Of a stretch of DNA of 64,000 bases, positions 51,054 through 64,000 are shown piece by piece. The stretch is from Salpingoeca rosetta. Its lineage: Eukaryota > Protista > Choanoflagellata. Below the pieces are notes generated by a model that saw only the letters and a list, made by a program, of their open reading frames with translations, was not told the DNA's origin and ran no database searches. The stretch's first letter is position 1. The number at the start of each line of letters is the position of its first letter. Position numbers and translations under genes: made by a program. The DNA lies in NCBI GenBank assembly GCA_033442325.1, contig JAWQFM010000008.1:1844287-1908286 (forward strand), given 5' to 3'.

Positions 51054-52210
51054 GACTTCTTGTCACGTTCCCTCCTTTTCCAACGCGCTGCTGCGTTGTC
51101 CTTGCACTGATCCCCACAGTGAAGTCAGCCCAGCGCCTTCCGAATGCCGCTGTCTCCTCGCTCGCAACCAGCAACCAGCTTCGCTCGCAACCAGACAGCC
51201 AGACAGCACCGTCCTCCTTCGCCTGCGTTTTCCCTCTTTTTTGCTTTTGCTTTGCTTCTTTCTTTTCGCTGTTTGTGTTTGGTGTGCCGCGAATTTCAAA
51301 ACAGCTCTGATGCTCCGCAAAATTGGCGAACGGTGCAATTTGCAACACAGTCTCACACAAAATCCTGCAAACGCCAGGTAAAAAACTCCCGGGGAAATTC
51401 GGGTTCGAGGTTTCACTGGCAACATGTCAGATTTTCGGCTGCGCTCCAGTGCCTTCGCTTCCCCCCTGTGTGTGCGAGCGAGCGGTGAGTTGCTTCTTGT
51501 GCCTTTGCGTGACCCCCATCTGCTTTGCTTCTTCGCGGCCGTTGTGGCAGCACTGAGACTCAGGGTGAGCACACGAGCCCCATCTGCCGCTCGCTGCTTG
51601 ATCGAGTGCATGGGTGGAATGCGGCTTGGGCTTGCGGCCTTGCCTGTGGATGAGCAGCTGCGGGTGCTTGAGAACAAAGGGGAGGAGGAAGGGTTGAAGA
51701 GAAGAGGACGATGAAGGCTTTTTTTTTTTTGTCGGTGTGGAGCTCCCACTGAACAGCAGCACAAAACAGCGCGGTGGTGTGGTGTGATGACAGAATGGAT
51801 GGGGGACGATGTGCATGCGTGTGTGTGTTTGTGTGTGTGTGCGTGTGTGTAGTGCGTGGTGCGTGTGAGTTGGCTGCGATCACTGCATGCAGTGCTCAAA
51901 TGCCGCTCTTATGCCAGCAACACCCGCAACGGCAACAGCTCCTTCCGTGCCCACTCGCCCCAACCGCCAGCACCATCGTCGGCATTTGTTGTTGTGTGGG
52001 GTCACGTCATCAGCACCCCGTGTACTGCTTCATTTCCAGCACAACTGAGCTTACTTGCAAGCCCTTGTTGATTTGTCGCTCACAATCCTTGGCCGCCGCT
52101 CTCCTCCTTGGTTTGCCACATGCAGTTGAAACAGGCACCGAACGCACTCCGTTCCAAGAAAACCACTGTTTCCCCTCCTATCAATCAATCGACAACCAGC
52201 CACAGCAATC

Positions 52211-53412
52211 ATGACGGTCAGTCGCTGCTGCCCGCCCTGCCCTACTGACCACCATCACTGGGGCAACTGACACTGCAGTTGCAGTGCCCTTTGACGAGTG
52301 CAGCTACACGGCGCTCACACCGCATTTTCGCAGTTGTCCAGTACACGCCAACAGCACTGGTCACACAACCGACAACAACAACAGCAACAACAACAGCAGC
52401 GCTCAGACACCACTGAACATGCAGCAATCCACGCACACGAGCTGACTCACGCACGCACGCACCCACACACGCACTCACATTCGCTTACTCTCTCTCTCTG
52501 TCTCCCACCAACGCGTACACAAACACACCTTCTCATACACACCTCCTCACGCACACACACAAACGCCTGCACACACGTGTTCGCAAGCAGGACCGTGAGA
52601 GCTCGTGGGCGTTGGCACCTGAGCGTGGCCTGGACCAGCTTGAACGGGAGGAGCCCAACGAGTGGGACGGCATCTACAACGAGGTCCCCACCTTTGAGCC
52701 AGACCTCATGTCCTCGCCAGAGCTGCGCACGCGTGCACGGTCCTCCGGCTACGGCAAGAGCGTGCCTGTGGTGAAGCGCGTTGTGCTCGAGCCCAACGAC
52801 CTTCGTCCCTGGGAGGAGGTGCCCACCTTCAAGCCCGAGCTGCAGGAGAGCCCCATCCGCAAGAGTGCCCCATCGTCCAACTACGGCCGCGCCATCCCCA
52901 CCAGGAAGGAGGTGGCCCCCGAGATTCCCAAATTCAAACCAGAGATCCAGCGCTCCCCGTCTGCTCAGCGACAGTTCTCGACCGTCAAGTCGTCTGGCTA
53001 CGGCCGCGTGTCCGCCGCTGTCTCCCGCCCCTCCTCTGCGCCCTCGCTCAAGTTCCGCCCACAAATGCCCAAGAGCAAGCTGCGGCAGTCGGTCAAATCG
53101 TCTGGGTACGGGCGCGTGCTGCCTGACGCAAAGCGGCCCTCGTCTGCGCCCCGGCGCTCCAACAGCATGGACACGTCCACGACGCCGAGCAAGTTTGTGC
53201 CGCGCTACTCGCTGCTCATGGACAGATCAGACAAGGAGGCTGCAGAGGACGCGAAGAACAAGGAGACGGAGGAGGGCGAGTTTGTGCTTGACGGCCTCTC
53301 CTCAGTCAACTCGCGGTCAAAACTCGAGCTCAGCTTCGGCCTCCCTCCAAACCACACCCCATCCCCAAAACAAAAGTCAGTCATGTCACTCCGCACGACG
53401 CTGTCGTTGTCG

Positions 53413-53475
<63 letters not shown>

Positions 53476-53478
53476 CAG

Positions 53479-53567
<89 letters not shown>

Positions 53568-55331
53568 GCTCTGCGCTGCTGATTGTGGAACAACGTCCAA
53601 CATTTCCTTTTGAATGAAGCCTCACCATCACCCGCTCACCATCCCCCCTTCCACCAATTGCGTGTCCCCACCACCTCTCGATTGCGTCAGGGCGCTGCGG
53701 GACTCTGCGTCGTCGAGCAAGTACGGGCTTGCGTCGCCGCCGGTTGCGCCCCGCCAATACAAGGAGCGTGGCCCCGTTGACTTCTCCTTTGACAAGTCCT
53801 CGTCCGTGCTCGACCAGCCCCTGGAGCCCTTTGCCACAAAGACGCCACTCGCAGACAAGGTGCAGTGTCGCACCCGCGCGTGTGTGCACATCGTTTCTTG
53901 TGGTGCTGTTGTGTATGGGAGTTGTAGCCTCGTTTTCTCGCGAGCTTCGTTGTGTGCTGGCCGGTTAAGGTTGAATTGCAAGTGCACTGATGAATACGCT
54001 TTTTGTCTTCTCGCCGATGCCGCCACCAAACCACTCGTCTCACCTATTTCGCACGTCCTGCCATGGGACGTTCCCCCGCTTCTCTCAACAGGTGCGCTCG
54101 TCGCAGTACGGCAAGGCGCCGCCACCACGCGGGGAGAAGCCAGCGCCCAAGCAGCCCGAGCCGCGGTGGTCGCTCACCTTCAAGGGCGAGGTCCCACGCG
54201 ACCCGCCAGCAGCGCCCCGCAACCAGCTCACAGAGAAGGTGCATGCATGGATCGTGCGCTGCTGTCCTCACAGTGCTTGTGTGTGTATGTGTGGTTGTTT
54301 GTGTGTGAGTGTGTGGTTATTTGTGTGTGTTTGTGTGGTTGTTTGTGTGTTTGTATGTGTCCCCCCCCCTTTTTTTTTGTGTGTGTGTGGTTGTTTGTGT
54401 ATGTGTGTGTGTGGCTCAAGTGTGTTTGTATCCGCGTGCCTAAGCTGCTGGGCCACCGGTTCACGCCCGTCGTTGTTACTTCATGTGCGTGCTGCGTTGC
54501 TCACGTTCTGCGTATTGCTTTCCTTCCATGATTGGCGTCACGTTGGTTCAGGTTGCCTCCCACGGCTACGGCCAGGTTTCGCCCGAGAAGGGCCCTCGCT
54601 TCGAGATGGAGGTGCCCCCACTTTGGATCCCTTCCAACAACCCCCGCGTCAAGCTGTCAGAGCCAACGCCAGTGCCACGCTCCCGTCTCAACGACTCGGT
54701 ATGTGTGCGTGTGTGTGTGTGTGTGTGAAGTGAGCGTGAGATGCGTGTATGCGTGTATGCGGGGGTGATGCTTGCGAGTGAGGCGTGCGCGTGTGTGATT
54801 ATGTGGGGAGGGTTGTCATTTGCATCGACACGTTTCGCTATCATTTATGCGTTCCATGCTTCCGCGCTTGTGCCCCCCCCGCAGGTTCGCAGTCACTACG
54901 GCACAGACTATGACCCAACTTCCCTGTACGCTTTGTAAGTCAAGCACCTGCTGCTTGTCGTGGTGGTGGTAGTGGTGGTCGTTGCTTCTCACGTGACTCA
55001 GTGCTGCTCTTGCTTTGCCATGGCATTCCAATGCGTGTGTGTACATCGTATCCTGCCTGCTTGTCCTCTCGCTTTCCTGCACGCTTTCTCATTTCCTTTC
55101 CTGCCACCACCACCACCACCCCTGCTGTTGCTGCCCTGTGTGTTGTGAACGCCAAACAGCAACGGGGAGGACGAGTTTGATGACGAGGCTGAGGAGGGCA
55201 TTGACGGGCCGTTTGTGCAGGAGGGCGAGGAGCACGCGCAGGAGAACGGGGACGAAGTTGTTGTGGACGAGGGAGACGAGGAGGAACAGGAGGAGGAGGA
55301 GGAGGAACAGGAGGAGTTTGAGGAGTACTAG
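52211..55331 (+). CDS. Uncharacterised ~491-aa P/S/K/R-rich repeat protein with acidic EEY tail (candidate microtubule-associated protein)
   Basis: Exons 52211-52216, 52591-53375, 53691-53859, 54092-54238, 54552-54698, 54885-54934 and 55160-55331. All introns are GT-AG and phase-consistent. Eight SSxYG-type repeats; ends ...EEEQEEFEEY*. Confidence 0.85.
53402..53568. repeat. (TTG)n microsatellite, intronic
   Basis: Directly visible; it explains the poly-L tail of ORF 52612..53613. Confidence 0.93.
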
Positions 55332-56027
55332 CCAGCCTGTGCCATTTGCTTTGGTTATCGCCACCCACCGCCGTCACCGGTCGCCACCCATCAAATCACC
55401 TGAACCCACATCATCATCATCGACATCATCATCGACATCATCATCGACATCAACATTATCGCTTCACCGGCGCCGACAAGCGCAACTTGTGTGCAAACTG
55501 GGTGGAAGCGGGAATGGGATGGCTCTTGTTCTGCGTCGTGTGCGTGGCGTTGTGTTGTGTAGTGTCTCTTTGGTGTCCTGTTTTTTTTTTTCTTTTCTCT
55601 TGGACTGCTTCTTGTCGTTGTTGATGTTGTTCGTTTTTTTCTCTTTGTGACTGCTACGTATGCCTCACTTGGTGGGCCTGCCTCCCTCCATCGTCGTCTT
55701 GTTCCATCCATGCCTGTTGTTGCTTGTGTCATGTGTTGTTCGAGCACAACATGTGGCTTTGACAATGAAGGATTGAACCTTTTGACATATGGATGGAGAC
55801 AACTCTGTGTGTGTGTGTGTCTGTGTGTGTGTGTGTGAGTGTGAGTGTGTGTGTGTGTGTGTGTGAGTGTGACATGATGTGACAACGCTTGCACGACAAC
55901 AACGACAAAGACACCACCACCACACACACTACCAACCAAGTGGCAACGAAAATTCATGGATAATTTTAGCAAACTATCACTAATCCACCCTCCTGCGACC
56001 ACGCTGGGAAGAGAGACGAGCACGACG

Positions 56028-58624
<2,597 letters not shown>

Positions 58625-59611
58625 AGCTGCGGCTTGTGGCGCTAGCTGATGAAGCATGCGTTCGTGTGTGATTGGTGTGTGTGTGTGTGAGTGTGTGTGT
58701 GAGTGTGTGTGTGATTGGTGTGTGTGTGTGGGGGGGGGGATTCGTGCGTGAGTGATTGTATGCGCAAACACGCGCGCGCGTGTGCGAATAGTGCCGTTGT
58801 TGTTGAAGAGATGTGTGTTTCTTTGGATTGATGTTTTGTCGTGTGCTCAATGTTGTTTGTAAGACTAAAGAGCTTCGAAGACTCTGGTCCCATCACATCA
58901 AAGATGTCAGCCAGCACCAATTGAACCAAACACACACACACTGGCTTGCTTGCTTGTGCTATCATGTGTCGACAAAATGCCATTTATTCCAACAAACGTA
59001 CACCAACAACACTGCACAAATCAAGAAGCAAAGACGGGTCAGGGAATTGTTTTCTGGACATGTGTGCATGTGAATGCATGCTGAGGTGCACAGGAGGGAG
59101 CAGACTGAAACAAACAAACAAACAAACAAACAAACAAACAAACAAACAAACAAACAAACAAATAGCCGCGAACACACAACAGAGAAGAAATAGACAAACG
59201 GCGTGCACACGCACACAATGCACGTGAAGGCAAAACAAAAAGGACAAAGACGACACTGAAACGGGTACAGCACGCAACGTCAAAGTCATGCTGCACGCAA
59301 TCGCACCGTGTGCATACAGCAACACACTCAACTGACACGAGAGAGGAAATGACACACAGCGAAAGCGTGTGTGGGTGCTTGGGGGGGGGGGAGGAGAAGG
59401 AGGAGGAAAGGACTTGGTAGTGATTGGGGCCAACGACAAAAGCCGACAACAACAACAACAACAAGGCGCGAGACAAATGAAGAAAGACGGCGGTGGCAGG
59501 TTAAGAGCGTCACGAGGAGGGAGGAGGTAGTGTGTGGAAGCGTGGGTGAGTATGCGTGGGACAACAGGGAGCCTGCGGCTGTCGCAGTTGGTGGGAATGG
59601 AGCAGCGGCGT

Positions 59612-62115
59612 TCACTTGAGAAGCAGCTTCTCCACAAAGCGGCGCGTCTGCACACACGCACGCACGCACGCGAGTGTGGTGTGGTGTGAATTGGTGTAAG
59701 GTGGTGTGAGGTGGTGTGAGGTGATGGCGGGTGGTGGAGGAGGCAGTGCTTTGCGGTGTTGTCGTTGCACAGTCAACAACAGACAGCACCCAATTAAGGG
59801 GCATAGGCGACTGACCGACTCTGTGACGGGGCGGGCGATACCACGAGCCTTGAGGGCAGCAGCAACCTCCTGGTTGGACATGCGGGCCACCTCGTCCTTG
59901 TTGTACACGCGGCGGCTCGGCGACACAGGGGTCGAGGACTTCAGAAAGGCGGAGAGCGGAAGGTTGGTGGGTGGGAAGGAGGAGGAGCGAAAGAAGCGAG
60001 GAAGTGAGCAAGTGTGAGATTCGTTTCAAGAGCACGATGCTTGGGGTTGGCAACAACACATACACACGCCTACACACAAACACTTACACACCTACACAAA
60101 CACTTACACACCTACACACACGCGCGCACACACACACACTCATGTTGCGCACCTCTGCTGCTGCTGCTGCTGCTGCGCGTGTCTTTCTGCTTGAGGAGCG
60201 GGCTGGCTTCGAGGCCGACGAACGCGTGGCGGCGCGGGTGGCGGACCGGGTGCGCTGGGGACGCGTGCGGGTGGTGCGCTGTGGCAGGCGGCGTGGCTGC
60301 ACCTCCTCCTGCACCTCCCGCTGCTGCTGGACAGGCACAGAGGGCTCCTCGTCATCGGAGAGCAGCGACTCCGAGGGCTCCTGGCTGCTGGCGGCACGGG
60401 TGATGTAGCGGCGCGTGCGCACCTGGCGAACACGCACCTCGCCCGTCTCCTCGTCCTCATCAATGTCAACCTCATCGTCAGAGACAAGCGCGGCAAACTC
60501 CGGCACGCGCTGCTGCTCCGGCGACGCAACGGCAGAGGCGCCGGTCGTGGCGGTGGTGGTGGTCGCTGTGGCGGTCATGGTGTACTCCTGCTCCTGCACG
60601 TCCTCGGCCTGCTTGCCTTCATCGGCAGCGGCGGTGGCGGGGCCGTTGAACAGCGTGGGCCATGCAGAGACAACAAAGGCGAGCATGCCAATGACCCACC
60701 CGGCCTCAATGTCCTGGCAGCTTGTCTGGATGACGATGAGCGCAACGAGCTGCAGGGCAATCTGCACATACCGGCGCAGGTCCTCGGGCTGGCCCGTGGC
60801 CTCCAGTTGCGTGTATCCGAGCACGGAGAGCAGCAGCAGGGCGCCGCCGACGGCAGTGAGGCCAAACTGCTCCTCCACGCGCTGCACGAGCTCAACCACG
60901 GCCCGCTGCAGGGTGAAGGTGGCAATGACGCCGAGCGCGGCAACAAAGGTGAGGCGGCTGGGGCGGGAGTCGCGCGTGACGGCGGAGACAGGGTACACGA
61001 CCGCGCTGACAAGGAACATGACGGGACGCAGGACGGCCGGCACGGCGACCAGGGCGGGCGCCAGGATCATCACGGCAATGCCGCCCAGCACACCAGACAT
61101 GCGGCACGCGTCAATCTCTGATGAGACGCAGCGTGAGATGCATTGTAGTGTGTGTGTGTGTGTGTGTTGTGAGTGTGAGGGGAAGGAAAAGGGGAAGGGG
61201 GCGTGAGCGAGTGAGAGAGGAGTGAGTGCGCACGCGCGCGCGTGTGCGCACGAGTCAGGAGAGTGAGACGTTGAAGATGTGAGTCCACGATCACATTGGG
61301 CGCATAAACACCAACCAACACCACCCACCCACACACCCACACACACAGACACTCACACACCACATACTCTCACGCGCGCGCACACACACACATATACACA
61401 CACACGCACATACTCACACACATCTCGTACGTAAGCACGCGCGCACAAAACATGCTGCGCCTTGTTCAGTGGGGACAACCAACCTGTGTGGATGTCCACG
61501 TTGGCGCCCTTGCTGAAGGAAAGGGTGGCGTTGGTGAATGGGGAGAAGGAGACTTGGGTGTCAGTGACATCGTTGCGTCCAGGGATCTTGACGGTGACCT
61601 TGCACTCGTTGTCGGAGGTGCCAACAATGTGCTCGGAGACGAGGAGGAGCGGGTTGCGCATGACGTTCTGGGGGTCGATGAGGGGCTGGGGCTCCGTCTC
61701 GTAGTAGTATGACTTGCCGCTGAGGACGCGTGCGCCGCTCTCTGGGAGGGAACCGCGCAGCTTGTGAGCAACGGTGTGCACGTCACTGTCGCCACTGGCG
61801 GCCACACGCGCAGTGACCATCATCAGGCAGGCCACTGCTGCCACCAGCATCATCTTCCCAGCGTGTCTGTGCAGGAAAATGGGAGGGGGGTGCGTCAATG
61901 TGAGTGAGTGTGTGTCAATGTGAGTGAGTGTGTGCATGTGATTGAGTGTGTGTGTGCATGTGATTGCGAGTGTGTGCATGTGAGTGTGGATGGGTTGTGG
62001 CAGCAGAGATGAGGTGCCGTTTCACTGTGCCACACACATCACTGGCTCACAAGCGCAAGCGCTCACACACAAAAACCATCACCGGCAGTGGTGTTGGTGC
62101 TGCTTCTCCAAATCC

Positions 62116-62186
<71 letters not shown>

Positions 62187-62198
62187 TGTTGCCATCAT
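59612..62198 (-). CDS. NEMP (TMEM194)-like multi-pass nuclear envelope protein with a C-terminal LEM domain
   Basis: Exons 62198-62185, 61866-61484, 61117-60153, 59938-59816 and 59647-59612. Signal peptide, luminal domain with FSPF, and about 5 hydrophobic segments including EDLRRYVQIALQLVALIVIQTSCQD. C-terminal EVARMSNQEVAAALKARGIARPVTESTRRFVEKLLLK*. Confidence 0.75.
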
Positions 62199-62826
62199 CG
62201 TCGTTGTGGTTGTTGTCGGAAGCGAGCGGTGCAGTCTGTAGCCGTTGCGTGAAGCGTGCGGTTGGCGGGAAGTTTTGAAAAACCGTCAACGTGTGTGCGG
62301 TTTTTTGGATGTGCGAGTTGTAGAGCACTCTTGCCTATCCACCGGTGCGCACGCGACACTTGCGGTTGTTTTGGTTGCCGTCCGACAGCACAAAATCAAG
62401 GCGACCACAACCACAACAAAAAACCAAAAACAAGCCAAGCTGCACGCCATCCATCGCCAACACACTCCACCCCTCACGACCTGGTGCGCGGTCGTTGGAA
62501 GAGCTGTCGTGGGCGCTGCTGTGGTGTTGTGTGTTGTGTGTTGTGTGTTGTGTGTTGTGTGTTGTGTTGTGTGGTGTGTGAGCGCGCTTGGAACTGTGGT
62601 TATGAGATGAGTTGCTGTGTGAACGCTGAGTGCTTTTCCTGCTTGCTCGCACATCCTGCTTGGTTGATGGCTGGCGCGCGTTTTGGCTACACGATCCCCT
62701 TCTCCGTCCCTCGCTTCCTCTCACTGCACTTTCCTCTCCTATTCCCCCCCCCCGCTTGCCTGTCTCGTCCACACCGCCTCCCCCCCCCCTCCGAATCCCC
62801 ACTGCAGCACAGGTCAACAGCGAACC

Positions 62827-64000
62827 ATGTTTCCCCGCCGCGACGTGTACGGCACGACACAGCTGCACAAGCCGTTTCGTGCACACGAGCCAGACCCACG
62901 CACCATCGAGGCGGTGCACCAGGTTCCACGCGAGTCAAACGTTCGCTTGACAGCCTCATCGAAAGTCTTTGTGAGTTCCGACCAAGGGCGGTGCCGTCCT
63001 GATCCGTGCGCTCATTCTAACTCGCTCGCGCATGACTCCTGCACCAGCTCATGCTCACTCACACACACACTCACACACAATCACAATCACAATCACACTC
63101 ACACACAATCACACACACACACACTCTCTCACACACACACACACACACACACGCACACACACACTCTCTCTCACACACACCTTGCATTTACTCATGTGCA
63201 CTCTATCCCATCTGCTACATCCTATGCACGCGCGTACAATGATCAGGAGGGGAAAGGCAACCTGCAAGGACACAACCCCCACAAAATCACAGCGAGCCAG
63301 CCCTACTCAGCAAAGTCCCCGCGCAAGCGCCGCCAGCTGCCACCGACGCCATCGACTGAGGCGCTGTCCAGCCGCATCCACACCCACAAGGTCCCCGTGT
63401 ACGACAAGAAGGGCCCCATCGCCAATTCCACCACACACACCAGCACCTTCGAGGCGCCAAGAGGTGCGTTGCTCCAGGCTTGTTGAGGCGAAGTTGAAGA
63501 TGGTGCACGCAGTGTCATGCAGCTGCGTGCAGTTGCTCGACCAGTTTGTCCTGCACAGCAATATGTGCTGGGGCCTCTTCCTCTCTGCCATCCCCTCCCT
63601 GCTAACCTCGTTCCTGCTTGTCTGTTTGTGTAGTGTTGCCGCACGTCGAGATCAGCGACCGCACCATCCGGCCTCTCTCCCAAAACGTCCAGCGCTCCTC
63701 CTTCAGAGACGTGCGTACACGCGAACCAGGGGACATGTGTGTGTGTGTGCACGAACCGAGTGACAAGTGGATACATTTCAGATGCATGTTGCGCTGCACT
63801 GCACATCGCACATGTACGCGCGCACACACACACACACACACACACTGTTCTTCACTGCGTTTTCGTCGGCTGACGTGCCTTCCCCAGTTCCACCTCACTG
63901 CTGGCTGCGCTGTTGTCTGGTTGGTGCCATCTACTTGTTGTCTGGTTGGTGCCATCTACTTGTTGGTGCGCAGGACCCCGTTGAGCGGTCCGGTGATACG
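62827..64000 (+). CDS. Unknown basic, disordered protein (5' exons; runs off the right edge)
   Basis: MFPRRDVYGTTQLHKPF...DQGR | EGKGNLQGHNPHK...STTHTSTFEAPR | VLPHVEISDRTIRPLSQNVQRSSFRD, with GT-AG boundaries. Confidence 0.65.

Noticed and set aside
51063-51899. 278-aa ORF upstream of CEP164
   Set aside because: Lies in the divergent promoter/UTR interval, stops before the CEP164 ATG, and lacks coding-like composition.

Overview
Gene-dense, intron-rich eukaryotic DNA saturated with (CA)n/(GT)n and trinucleotide microsatellites, with four N-gaps. The composition and a PTB-PTB-tyrosine kinase point to a choanoflagellate, probably Salpingoeca rosetta (inference). Most ORFs in the track are microsatellite noise, so I assembled about 18 genes by hand from GT-AG exons. 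In order: an acidic unknown, NIPA/ZC3HC1, cornichon, a SAM-methyltransferase-like protein, a CBS-domain fragment, a Cys-rich GPI-type surface protein, Rab9, CSTF1, RPL11, a truncated HMTK-like kinase, GTF3C3, TBCC, a MAPK phosphatase, CEP164, a repeat protein, MRPS2, a NEMP-like protein and an unknown at the right edge. Two results stand out. (1) A NEMP1-like inner-nuclear-membrane protein ends in a LEM domain. (2) A ~491-aa basic protein with eight (V/A)xSSxYG-type repeats ends in an acidic EEY tail like alpha-tubulin/EB1 and is encoded head-to-head with CEP164. Three loci (~9.9, ~20.3 and ~26.6 kb) look like assembly collapses or mosaics at (CA)n tracts. All family calls come from motif recall, not database searches.
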